DNA of 64,000 bases from Candidatus Poribacteria bacterium (lineage in GTDB: Bacteria > Poribacteria > WGA-4E > WGA-3G): NCBI GenBank assembly GCA_963665235.2, contig CAXXLX010000001.1:960001-1024000 (forward strand), given 5' to 3'. The position numbers and the translations under genes were made by a program. The notes beneath the pieces are model-generated. The model ran no database searches. It saw nothing but the letters and a program-made list of their open reading frames with translations, and was not told the origin of the DNA. Shown in pieces: positions 30,715 through 40,375 of the stretch. The stretch's first letter is position 1; each line of letters begins with the position of its first letter.

Positions 30715-31575
30715 ATGCGAAAAATTACGGACGATGAAATTCAATTCTTTAATGAGAACGGTTATCTCATCCTCAAAGGGATTATTCAACCGGATGAGCT
30801 TGCTGTTATTCAGCAGGAAAGCCAAAGACTGATAGATGAGATTTTGAGCGGCGGCCCGGCTGACCCCTGGTGTATGCGGGGTCCCGAAGGCGTTCCGTAT
30901 TATCTCACCTATCTGCATTCACACCCGAACGACTTTTCACTGCGGTTGCTCGGACATCCTTTTGTCGGCGATTTGCTGCATCGGATTATCGGCCCCGATT
31001 TCATACCGTGTTATGAATCGCTTGTGTTCAAGCTGCCGAAACACGGCTCCTCCGTGCGGTGGCATCGAGATGGCAACGCTATCCGAGAGAATCTCCCCAT
31101 CTTCAACGTTGACATATACATTGATAATTCCACCGTTGATAACGGGTGTGTTTGGGTCATACCGAAAAGCCATCTCTGGAGCATTGAGGAAGCACAAGAG
31201 ATTATCGAGAAAGGGACAGTCAATTTTGACCGGCCTGATGCGGTGCCAGCTGAAGTAGAGCCCGGTGATATTCTGCTGCATCATACCAAGGTCTTGCACG
31301 GCAGTAAAATTAACACAAGCGACACGCTTCGCCGCGTTATCTACTTCGACCAACGGACCCCGAAATGGAACGCACATTACAAATGGTGGCAAACGGAATT
31401 CCTGACGCAACGGTGCAAAATGTATCAACGCGCCCTTCATGAACGTCGTAGTAATCCCTATTCATCGGATACGGAGCAGTTCGATTACGAGGTACCATCG
31501 GATATGCCAACGTGGGCACGCGACGATAATTTCGATCTGCGGATTCAGCATCGTGCCTACACCTACAAGGAATAA
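30715..31575 (+). CDS. Phytanoyl-CoA dioxygenase (PhyH) family Fe(II)/2OG dioxygenase
   Basis: FNENGYLI, WHRD, NGCVWVIPKSH, LHGS and RR motifs. Confidence 0.9.
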   Translation: MRKITDDEIQFFNENGYLILKGIIQPDELAVIQQESQRLIDEILSGGPADPWCMRGPEGVPYYLTYLHSHPNDFSLRLLGHPFVGDLLHRIIGPDFIPCYESLVFKLPKHGSSVRWHRDGNAIRENLPIFNVDIYIDNSTVDNGCVWVIPKSHLWSIEEAQEIIEKGTVNFDRPDAVPAEVEPGDILLHHTKVLHGSKINTSDTLRRVIYFDQRTPKWNAHYKWWQTEFLTQRCKMYQRALHERRSNPYSSDTEQFDYEVPSDMPTWARDDNFDLRIQHRAYTYKE

Positions 31576-31629
31576 AGTGTTCATTTAGGTGCCTAGGCCC
31601 CCTCTTAGCCTGTATTGGAGACCTATCAC

Positions 31630-33687
31630 ATGAAGAAATCTACCATCTTATTATTCTTTGTGTTTATTGCTATCCTAATGTCCTTTCCACTCAATTTATT
31701 CGCAGCGGACACAACACGCATGAGTTTGCCGGAGGGTGCCAAAGCGCGTCTCGGGAAAGGTATTATAAAGGAGATTGCGTATTCACCGAATGGCATGCAT
31801 TTAGCAGCAGCGGGAAGTGCGGGCATCTGGCTCTATGATGTGACGCTCCGTCAAGCAGTTGCACTTCTTACCGAAAATACGGGACCTGTCAGTAGTGTCG
31901 CATTCAGTCCAGATGGAAGTACTATCATTAGTGGCTATGACAGCGGAGGCATCTTGGTGTGGGATGTTAAAACAGCCAAACGCAAGCAAATTTTGCAAAC
32001 CGGACAAGAGTGGGTCAGTAGTGTCGCGCTCAGTCCAGATGGGAAAATAATCGCAAGTGGCGGTGCATGTGTGGAAGGTATGTGCCCAGGAATCACATTA
32101 TTGGATACGCAAACAGGCGGACAGCTCAAATCATTTGGAGGTTCCTATACTCCTTTGAGTGTATGTTTCAGTCCGGATGGAAAAACGCTCGCGAGTAGTG
32201 GAGATGAATGGGACAGCAACATCCGCTTGTGGGATGTTCAGACTGGCGAACTCCTCAAAACTCTCAAAAAACGTACGGCTTTTGAAGATTTTGAGGGGCG
32301 CGATGTCAACAGTGTCGTTTTCAGTCCAGATGGAAACACTATCGCCAGCGGCAGTGGTAATGGAACCATCCGCCTATGGAATCCCCACACCGGTGAATTC
32401 ATCAAATATCTTGAAGGACATACGAAGGCTATCAGCAGCGTGGCTTTCAGTCCAAACGGAAATACGCTTCTTAGCGCAGGTGCGGAGGGTTTCTGCTTAT
32501 GGGATGTCAACACCGGTGAATACATCGCCCTCGAAGACATTGCAACTCATGCGGCCAGCGCAGCTTTCAGTCCAGATGGAAACACATGCGCGATTGCAAG
32601 TGAAATGGGTATATTTGTACATAATGCTCATACTTTTCAATTCCTCGAAATTCTTACGAGAAATACAGGTTCAGAAGATGAATTCAGAGGAAAAGACATA
32701 GGTTCAATCGGAAGTGTGGTTTTCAGTCCAGACGGAAACACTATTGTTAGTTGTGGGGGGAACAATATCCATCTATGGGATGCCCACACTAATCAACTTC
32801 TCAAAACGCTGATAGGGCATAGGGAGTCTGTCAACAGTGTCGTTTTTAGTCCGGATGGAAACACAATCGCAAGTGCAAGTGCCGACAGAACGATTCGCCT
32901 ATGGAATGTTAACACACGGGAACTCCTCAAAACGTTGATGGCACATGCGGCTTCGGTGAGCAGTGTCGTTTTCAGTCCAGATAGCAAGACAATCGCCAGT
33001 GCGGGTAACGACAGAACTATCCGCTTATGGAATGCACACACGGGCGAACTCCTCAAACCCCTCATTGGACATGTAGAAAACGTCAATACTATCGCCTTTA
33101 GTCCAGATGGAAAGATTATCGCCAGTGGCAGTGGCAGGTTAGTATATTTGGGAGGGGGTGAGGATTCGGGTACGTGTGTGGGTCAAGAAATTCGCCTATG
33201 GAATGCCAACACTGGCAAACATCTCAAAACCCTTAAGGGGCATACCTCTGTAGTCAATAGTGTCGTTTTCAGTCCAGACGGGAAAACAATCGTCAGTGGC
33301 AGCGGGCATTGGAGAGGCTATGAAGGCAAGGCGAGTGCGGGTGAGGAAATCCGTTTGTGGAATGCCTACACCGGTGAACTCATCAAAACTCTCAAAGGAC
33401 ATAAAGATGTAGTCTCAAGCGTGGCATTCAGTCCAGATGGAAATCTTATCGTTAGTGGAGACTGGTATGATTGGGATGGATATCTCAGTAGTGGAACTTG
33501 GACCGGAGAAATCCGTGTGTGGGATGCTCACACAGGTGAACACCTCAAAATCCTCAAAGGACATACGGGGGGTGTCTCAAGCGTGGCATTTAGTCCGGAT
33601 GGAAAAACGCTCGCCAGCGGGCGCACAGATGGCACAATCCTGCTGTGGGACTTCTCTGAACTAACAAAACAGGAGATGAAGCAATGA
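31630..33687 (+). CDS. Secreted WD40-repeat protein
   Basis: Signal peptide, 'SLPEGAKARLGKG' leader, more than 12 repeats 'GH...V.SV.FSPDG.TIASG....IRLW'. Confidence 0.95.
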   Translation: MKKSTILLFFVFIAILMSFPLNLFAADTTRMSLPEGAKARLGKGIIKEIAYSPNGMHLAAAGSAGIWLYDVTLRQAVALLTENTGPVSSVAFSPDGSTIISGYDSGGILVWDVKTAKRKQILQTGQEWVSSVALSPDGKIIASGGACVEGMCPGITLLDTQTGGQLKSFGGSYTPLSVCFSPDGKTLASSGDEWDSNIRLWDVQTGELLKTLKKRTAFEDFEGRDVNSVVFSPDGNTIASGSGNGTIRLWNPHTGEFIKYLEGHTKAISSVAFSPNGNTLLSAGAEGFCLWDVNTGEYIALEDIATHAASAAFSPDGNTCAIASEMGIFVHNAHTFQFLEILTRNTGSEDEFRGKDIGSIGSVVFSPDGNTIVSCGGNNIHLWDAHTNQLLKTLIGHRESVNSVVFSPDGNTIASASADRTIRLWNVNTRELLKTLMAHAASVSSVVFSPDSKTIASAGNDRTIRLWNAHTGELLKPLIGHVENVNTIAFSPDGKIIASGSGRLVYLGGGEDSGTCVGQEIRLWNANTGKHLKTLKGHTSVVNSVVFSPDGKTIVSGSGHWRGYEGKASAGEEIRLWNAYTGELIKTLKGHKDVVSSVAFSPDGNLIVSGDWYDWDGYLSSGTWTGEIRVWDAHTGEHLKILKGHTGGVSSVAFSPDGKTLASGRTDGTILLWDFSELTKQEMKQ

Positions 33688-34427
33688 ACGTTTTACTGAT
33701 AGGTGGTTCAGGCCATGTCGGAACAATGACGCTCCCTTATATGAAGTCCCACCACAATTTCAGAGTGCTTGACATCGCCCCTCCCAAAGACGAATCGGTA
33801 GAATATATTCAAGGCTCCGTTACGGATGCGGACATTGTACAGGAAGCGTTGAAGGGTATGGATACCTTTGTCTATATGGTAATGCTGCAACCGACGAGCG
33901 ACCGGTCCTCTGTTGCGGATTTCAGTGACATTGTTGCAAACTACGATGTGAACGCGAAGGGGCTTCATCTCGTACTGCATGCTGCGAAAGCGGCAGGAAT
34001 TCGCCACGGTGTTTACACAAGCACGTTCACCGTGCATGAACGCACCCGGAACAGTTTTCCTTATGAAGATGTTGTGCCTCGCGATAACCCCGGCGTTTAC
34101 GGGTTGACCAAGGGGTTCGGTGAGCAGGTATGCGAATACTTCGCTCGCGAACACGATATGTCCCTTATTGCGTTGCGAATTACGGGGCCGTCAACACGAG
34201 CACAGTGGCTTGAACGGCGCACCCAACCGAAAGATTCTTCAGTGCATATCTGGTGGACAGATGAAGAAGACCTGGCACGAGCGTATCTCGCCGCTATTTC
34301 GGTCGAACATCAGGGTTTTGATGCAGTCTTTATTGCGGGAGACCATGAACAGAAGGAGATTAACCTGTCAAAAGCGAAACGGTTGCTCGGTTGGATGCCG
34401 TTGACGCATACGTCAATTGGCAAATAG
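33684..34427 (+). CDS. NAD-dependent epimerase/dehydratase (extended SDR)
   Basis: GGSGHVG and YGLTK (YxxxK) motifs. Confidence 0.85.
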   Translation: MNVLLIGGSGHVGTMTLPYMKSHHNFRVLDIAPPKDESVEYIQGSVTDADIVQEALKGMDTFVYMVMLQPTSDRSSVADFSDIVANYDVNAKGLHLVLHAAKAAGIRHGVYTSTFTVHERTRNSFPYEDVVPRDNPGVYGLTKGFGEQVCEYFAREHDMSLIALRITGPSTRAQWLERRTQPKDSSVHIWWTDEEDLARAYLAAISVEHQGFDAVFIAGDHEQKEINLSKAKRLLGWMPLTHTSIGK

Positions 34428-34459
34428 CAGGCAGTTCTGGTGTGCAACCGTGTGTGTAT

Positions 34460-34902
34460 TGTCAGAATCGCGGATTACACAGAGGACACGGAAGGCACGG
34501 AAAAAGAGGTTTTTGGCTAACATCTACGCATTTTGTGAAGGACACAGAGAACACGGAAAATACCTGTCTGAATCGCGGAAGACATAGGACACATATCACC
34601 CCGATGGGGCTAGGTTGTGTTTTGTTTGCGTTTTCTATAAACATACCGCCCCGCTGGGGCTGAACTCTTGCACATCGGGGTCTATTTTTCTGCTATTTGT
34701 CCTTGTGTGAGGAACGTAGAGAAAAATCAGAAATGCTTTGAAATCGGGCATCAACCTCACAGATATTGTCCAAACTGTAGTAGATGTTATCTTGTGAAAT
34801 CCAATATAGAAGTCACATAAGCCCTTTCTGCGTTTTCCGTGTTCTCCGTGCTAATCCGCGATTTGCTGCGTATTCGCCCAAATGCGACGTGCATTCAGAC
34901 AA
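34460..34902. repeat. Dispersed nonamer-periodic repeats ending in ATCCGCGATT..CAGACAA, plus CCCCGnTGGGG hairpins
   Basis: TTGTCAGAATCGCGGATTACACAGAGGACACGG (34460), TGTCTGAATCGCGG (34565), ..TAATCCGCGATTTGC..TTCAGACAA (34850-34902); relatives at 42175-42420. Confidence 0.7.
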
Positions 34903-35038
34903 AAAAGATGTAACATAATAGCAGCAGAAACTGCTCCTTCTATTAGTGGTCTGCTCGCTAAGTTTATATGGTAATATGGACACGCCATCGTCGCAAGCAC
35001 GGTAGTCTGTCCCGGCTATTATCTGGAAATTCAAATAA

Positions 35039-35150
35039 TACCATTTTTATTAATTATTCTACCATTACCAGTTGTTAGAAATGAAACGGAGAACGGCACA
35101 AACTGGAAGTTTATGCTACAAGAAAGAGACATTTTCAATTAGAAATGGTA
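35039..35150 (+). mobile_element. MITE family A, minimal copy (1 unit)
   Basis: 112 bp TACCATTT...AAATGGTA with TAA at 35036-38 and 35151-53. Confidence 0.92.
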
Positions 35151-35298
35151 TAACATAAGAATTTACCGAGTGAACCAATTAGTCCCGTAGGGACGATATC
35201 TTTATAGCAGCCGAGACCGCTCCTTCTGTTAGTCCCGTAGGGACGATATATTTATAGAGGTTAGTGCAAACGGATATTTATTATCAAGCTCACGTTAG

Positions 35299-35530
35299 TA
35301 TAGTAGGATTTAGAATTAATCGGACATTGTCCGCATCTCGTTTACGAAAGTGCACTTACCGGGGATGTTGTAGAACAAATTTTATGAAGATAGGGTTTAC
35401 GCAGGGCGTTGATAGACTCTTATGATAGTGGAATCTAGAGCGAGACATAGCGGGCGGGGAGACCCCGCCCCTACGAGGCTTAGTCCTAAATTTGCGTAAG
35501 TCCTGGAAGATTAATTTTTAAATTCGGTAA
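35299..35530. mobile_element. MITE family C copy interrupted by a family B copy
   Basis: Left ~85 bp match 22390; degenerate right TIR TTAATTTTTAAATTC after 35510. Confidence 0.6.
35391..35505 (-). mobile_element. MITE family B (inverted, nested)
   Basis: GAAGA TSD at 35386-90 and 35506-10; 115 bp; one TIR is degenerate. Confidence 0.88.
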
Positions 35531-35592
35531 TTTCAGAACGGGCGATGAATCGCCCTACTACAAACGGGTGTACAAAAACTTTACACACCCGT

Positions 35593-35621
35593 TTGCACCT
35601 AAAATGCAAGTATGTTATACT
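35593..35621 (+). promoter_or_regulatory. sigma70-type promoter for tatT-tatP
   Basis: TTGCAC-17 nt-TATACT with extended -10 TG, right after a family-D MITE end (ends 35590). Confidence 0.55.
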
Positions 35622-35758
35622 AGTTGTACACTCAGAAACTTTTCACTATTCTGCCCCGTTATGTCAAAAAACGCACTACTAACACGATAACGCCAGGGGC
35701 AACCGTTAACTTGAGCTCGCGACCGTGTCAGCAATTTAACTACGAGGTGATTTTTTTT

Positions 35759-36703
35759 ATGATACAGACTATTTTAAGACCCAAGTTGACCTATACATGG
35801 GCAAATTTCGCGCTTACCTTAACGTTGCTACTGCTCCTGTCCATACCCCTCAGCGGCTGTGGGCTCAGCAAGCTCTCCAAAATTCAGGAGGAAGGCGACT
35901 TAGTGGTGGTCGAAACCACCCTAGAGAAAAATCTCAAGACGCTTGAACGTCTCTCCAAATTAGGCAATAAATCTCTGATTGTCAAAACCGCCCGCGCCCA
36001 TGCATCTTATAGCGGATTCCTTGAAGATAAGATGGAAGAGGCTGAAATCGCAGGGGACACTGAAACAGCAGCCGATATGCGTACACAAGCGATTGAACAC
36101 TATGCACGCTCCGAGATGTATGCGTTCAAAGCACTCGCGAAATCCGATAAAACCTTCAAAAATGCACGAAATGTTAATACGGACACCTTTCAAAAAGCAC
36201 TTCAGAAATTGAAAAAAAAGGAGGTCGAACCCCTATTTTGGGCAGCGTACGCTATAGCCCGCGGTATCAGTCTGCAGAAGGATGACCCGATGCAAGTCAT
36301 TGACCTAGCACGCGTGGAATTCATGATGAAACGTGTCCTGGAATTAGACGAAACCTTCTACTTCGGGGGTGCACATCTGTTCTATGTTGTCTATTACGGC
36401 GACCGACCGCCAGCAATCGGGGGTGACCCTGAAAGGGCAAAAGAACACCTCGACCGGGTTGATGAGATTAATAACGGCAAACTCCTTTTGAACAAATTCT
36501 ATCGCGCCCGATACTACGCCTATCCAAAACAGGATGTTGAACTTTACAAAAAATCTTTACAGGAAGTTATTGACGCACCTGCCGATGTATATCCCGGGCA
36601 AGAGGCAGCAACTTCAATCGCAAAAGCCCGAGCTAAACGTTGGCTCTCACAGACCGATGTACTTTTTAACTTAGAAACGGAAGAAGGAGAAACCGAAGAA
36701 TGA
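35759..36703 (+). CDS. tatT: TPAT transporter T component (TatT lipoprotein)
   Basis: Lipobox LSGC; 'MMKRVLELDETFYFGGAH..RPPAIGGDPERAKEH'; overlaps the DctP-like gene. Confidence 0.8.
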   Translation: MIQTILRPKLTYTWANFALTLTLLLLLSIPLSGCGLSKLSKIQEEGDLVVVETTLEKNLKTLERLSKLGNKSLIVKTARAHASYSGFLEDKMEEAEIAGDTETAADMRTQAIEHYARSEMYAFKALAKSDKTFKNARNVNTDTFQKALQKLKKKEVEPLFWAAYAIARGISLQKDDPMQVIDLARVEFMMKRVLELDETFYFGGAHLFYVVYYGDRPPAIGGDPERAKEHLDRVDEINNGKLLLNKFYRARYYAYPKQDVELYKKSLQEVIDAPADVYPGQEAATSIAKARAKRWLSQTDVLFNLETEEGETEE

Positions 36704-37728
36704 ATCGTAAAATCCGAATCGCAAGTATAGTGAACCTGCTCCTTATAATTGTGAGCATGCTCTGTTTATCAATAGCCGCTCACGCCGCCGAGTTTATTAA
36801 GTTTGCTACACTCGCGCCCAAGGGGTCCACCTGGATGAAGAATTTTGAGGCGATGGCAAAAGAAATTACCGACAACACGGATGACCAACTCAAGTTCCGA
36901 TTCTATGCAAACGGAATACAGGGTGACGAACTCGATGTCATCCGAAAGATGCGTGCAGGACTGCTTCATGCAGGAGCTATGACCGCCACCGGACTTGGCG
37001 AAATACAGGAAGAAATCTTAATCTTTCAACTGCCCCGATTGTTCAAAACCTACGAAGAACTCGACCATGTTCGCAACTATCTCCGAGATGACCTAGACAA
37101 AGCCTTTTTAGATAAGGGATACGTCCTGCTCGGAATGGGAGACATCGGGTTTTATTACATTTTCAGCAATCAACCCATTAAGAACATCGAGGACCTACGG
37201 TCGACAGCTGTCAAGATGTGGGTACGAACCAGCGACAAGATAGGGATTGAATTTTATAAACATGCCAATGTCGCAACTGTGCCGAGAGAGGTTACACAGG
37301 TGATGTCTTCTCTCTATTCCGGACAAATCAACGCAGTGACCGTCTCCCCTTATGTGACCATTGCACTCCAGTGGCACGACAAATTCAAATACATGACGAC
37401 CCTACCGATAAATGTTGGGGTTGGCGCGACGCTGATTACAAAGGAGAAGTTCGATAAACTGACTCCTGAACAGCAAAAAGTTTTACGTGAAACCGGTGCC
37501 AAATATCAGCAGATGTTGATTCAGAGCGTTCGAAAAGATAATGAAATAGCAGTTGAAGCGTTGACAAAGAAGGCCGGTATTAAGCTCGTTGAGTTTGAAT
37601 CGGATGCACAGGAGGCGTGGGACATCCTCGCGACCGAAACGCACAAAACGCTTGTCGGTCAAATATACTCACAAGAATTCCTTGACAAGATAAACAATTT
37701 GCTAAAGGAATATCGCGAGAAGAAATAG
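36700..37728 (+). CDS. dctP: TRAP/TPAT substrate-binding protein (DctP/TatP)
   Basis: 'IKFATLAPKGSTW', 'GIQGDELDVIRKMRAG'; signal peptide. Confidence 0.88.
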   Translation: MNRKIRIASIVNLLLIIVSMLCLSIAAHAAEFIKFATLAPKGSTWMKNFEAMAKEITDNTDDQLKFRFYANGIQGDELDVIRKMRAGLLHAGAMTATGLGEIQEEILIFQLPRLFKTYEELDHVRNYLRDDLDKAFLDKGYVLLGMGDIGFYYIFSNQPIKNIEDLRSTAVKMWVRTSDKIGIEFYKHANVATVPREVTQVMSSLYSGQINAVTVSPYVTIALQWHDKFKYMTTLPINVGVGATLITKEKFDKLTPEQQKVLRETGAKYQQMLIQSVRKDNEIAVEALTKKAGIKLVEFESDAQEAWDILATETHKTLVGQIYSQEFLDKINNLLKEYREKK

Positions 37729-37897
37729 TTCTCAAAAACAGGAGGGGCTCATGTAAAGAATTCAGTGCGAATGAAAACATTTAACTTGTGTGGCCATTGC
37801 TTTCATAAAAAAAACCGCACACACTTTTTACATGAGCGTCGCTGTACAATCTCTTGAATAGTGGTTGGGTTTTCCATTGTGTGGCCTCCTTTTCGGT

Positions 37898-39334
37898 TTA
37901 ATTTTCAAACTGGACATATTCAGCAATTTTAAGTTTTTCGTTCGCTGCCCATCTGTCCAAGATGGATTTTTCTGATAGTGTGGGGATCCGATTTCGCCTG
38001 CCGCGAACTTGCCGGATTACCTTATCGGCGAGTAAGAGCTCAATTGTTAAGACTTTGCGCCGGCCATCGGCATCTTCTCTCTCCATTGTCCAGATAGATT
38101 TCTGCCCGGCGTGGCAGGACTTGGCATAACTTCTGACGCAGTGCCCCATTCTACGTCCCTCATCACTTAGTTCGCCTGTGCTGAGCAGTTCACGAATATA
38201 CCAGAATTTGAGGTTGCGTTTCTCCTTACTTCCCTGTCGAAGCTGGAATTCGCCGATATCTGAATGTGCCCACTGTAAGTTCCCCATTCGTGTTTCTCTA
38301 CCGAGTTCCGTATGCCATTCGTCAACCTGACGGAGCAGTGTCTCAGGCGTTCTGCCCCTCATACTGAAGTTAGGTTGCGCCGGTCCAATATCTTCTGCAA
38401 CGCCTCTCTCAACAAAAATGTGTCGGTTTTCAAATTTTTGGTTCCAGATAAAATCGATAATCGGATGTACGTGACTGACATCTAACATCGGATTTGCGAT
38501 AAAAAAACGGAAGACATTGAGCCAGAAATCGTCGTTGCCAAAATCTCCGATGAGACGTGTCCCGCGGAGTGCGTCCGCTAAACGTCTATCCCCGCCGAGT
38601 GCGTGTACTTGTCCCCAGCGGAGTGCTTCTTCAACGGTGTACTGCTTGGGTGCCTGCAGGAAATGGTGTGCCATCTTTTTTGTGAGCGATGTAGGTATAT
38701 CTGGAGCAGTTCGGATGTTTTGACCTGCCCCGATGTGTTTGTACCAATTCTGATATGTTTCGTTTTCAGTAAACCACACCTGCTCCATGAAGGTAGGCAC
38801 GTGATATTCGGCGAAAAGATGCCGAGCTAGCTCCGCGAACTGTCTATCGCGGTTATGGCTTTTGACCTGCCATGTCTCAAGGGGCCGGAGCCAGTTTTCG
38901 GCGTGATTGGCAATCGCTGCGATACCCTCAATATAGGTTTCATCCTTTAAGAGTTCGGAGTTTTCTTCAAGGTATAACAGCAGTTGTAGGAGCACTTTCG
39001 GGGTGCTGCTATTCTGAAAAGCGTCTGCGATTTCTTCTGTGGTGACGTTCCGCAGTTTTTTGCCTGACAGTTCACCGCTATAAATTTTGGGGATGACCTC
39101 TTTCAAGTTGCGCTCTTTTTTCTCACTCGCCATAATCTCGGTGGCTTTGGTCACGACCACAAGCTCAAGTTCTTTTTGGCGTTGCCGTGAATTTTTGTTC
39201 AAGCTGCAGCTGAAATTGTGTTGGCGGCACCAATTTTTATAACGTTCAATTGAGGGTAAACCGAGTCGTAGGAGATGCTCTCGCATGCCCTCGGAGAGTT
39301 TTTCTATTTGTGTCTGTTTTTTTCTTTTCGCCAT
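37898..39334 (-). CDS. PcfJ-domain protein
   Basis: C-terminal 'ELSDEGRRMGHCVRSY...LTIEL...IRQVRGRRNR'. Confidence 0.85.
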   Translation of the reverse strand: MAKRKKQTQIEKLSEGMREHLLRLGLPSIERYKNWCRQHNFSCSLNKNSRQRQKELELVVVTKATEIMASEKKERNLKEVIPKIYSGELSGKKLRNVTTEEIADAFQNSSTPKVLLQLLLYLEENSELLKDETYIEGIAAIANHAENWLRPLETWQVKSHNRDRQFAELARHLFAEYHVPTFMEQVWFTENETYQNWYKHIGAGQNIRTAPDIPTSLTKKMAHHFLQAPKQYTVEEALRWGQVHALGGDRRLADALRGTRLIGDFGNDDFWLNVFRFFIANPMLDVSHVHPIIDFIWNQKFENRHIFVERGVAEDIGPAQPNFSMRGRTPETLLRQVDEWHTELGRETRMGNLQWAHSDIGEFQLRQGSKEKRNLKFWYIRELLSTGELSDEGRRMGHCVRSYAKSCHAGQKSIWTMEREDADGRRKVLTIELLLADKVIRQVRGRRNRIPTLSEKSILDRWAANEKLKIAEYVQFEN

Positions 39335-39371
39335 CTGTTACGTTCTCCGATAAATCGTTCGGGACGCGTTA

Positions 39372-40358
39372 TCACAAGTCCGCGTCCGGTAAATTGCGAC
39401 ACTCTTTCAAATGGGGACTTTCCGCCATATTGAGGGTAAGGAAATTTGTCTGAAATTTCCCGGTTCGGGTTCTATCGAAGAGATCAAAACCTCGTTCGAC
39501 TCGGATAATAGCATGTTCTGTTTGCAAATATCTTGCATGGAATATACGATTAGCATCGTTTTTTACATGCAATTTTACCGGCCACGACGGGAATCTACGT
39601 TTTACTGGATTTATGAGGTCCCTGACAACTATTTGATGTTTAGCCCGATTTTGTGATCGCTTACTTCTTTTCAAACCTGCTGCGTCACTGTTTAGAATTC
39701 GCCTTGCACTACAAGTAAATATTTTCACACTTTGCTGACCTGCAAAAAAACCGTGTTTCTCCCAGAGAGATAAAATGTATTCAATACCTCTTCGGTAATA
39801 GCTTGTCCTGTCCCCCTTACCAATCTGCGGGTCATAAAACCGCAACCATTTTGAAAAGCGGACAGCACGAATGATGAGCTCGTCCACTGTTGCCTTGGGA
39901 AGCTTGTCTATTGCTCCAAATTGGTCCTCATATCGCCCCCGGTTTTTCTCAAAAGTGCTGGTGCGGTAGCCAGATAACGGGATAACATCTGCCCTAGCAG
40001 CCTTTAATGTTTTCAAGCTATCGTCCCCGACAATTAAGGCATCAGCCTCGGTATCGGTTCTCAAATTGTATCCTAACTCTAAAAGGGGCGTGGGATGTGG
40101 TGAAACGGGACATTCGACAACTCGCTGTGTTTTATTTTTCAAGAGCTCTTCAAACAAAATTTGTAATCGCTGCCCATACTTGATTGGGACCGCCTTAATC
40201 CGTGTAGTGAGGGCAGTTTGCAACCTTTTTTCCGAATCAAGAATCAGTAATCCGTTTTTTTCTATCCCTTTTAAGAAATCTTCCGCTTGTATCCGATAAA
40301 GTGCATCAAAATATTTCTTGTCAAACGCGGTCGGATCGGGGACTGCACTGACTAGCAT
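39372..40358 (-). CDS. Hypothetical protein with C-terminal MIT_C/PLD-like motifs; partner of the ATPase
   Basis: GGAAGGAG RBS, ATG 40358; 'LRFYDPQIG' and 'FHARYLQTEHAIIRVERGFDLF'. Confidence 0.6.
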   Translation of the reverse strand: MLVSAVPDPTAFDKKYFDALYRIQAEDFLKGIEKNGLLILDSEKRLQTALTTRIKAVPIKYGQRLQILFEELLKNKTQRVVECPVSPHPTPLLELGYNLRTDTEADALIVGDDSLKTLKAARADVIPLSGYRTSTFEKNRGRYEDQFGAIDKLPKATVDELIIRAVRFSKWLRFYDPQIGKGDRTSYYRRGIEYILSLWEKHGFFAGQQSVKIFTCSARRILNSDAAGLKRSKRSQNRAKHQIVVRDLINPVKRRFPSWPVKLHVKNDANRIFHARYLQTEHAIIRVERGFDLFDRTRTGKFQTNFLTLNMAESPHLKECRNLPDADL

Positions 40359-40375
40359 GTATGCAACTCCTTCCG

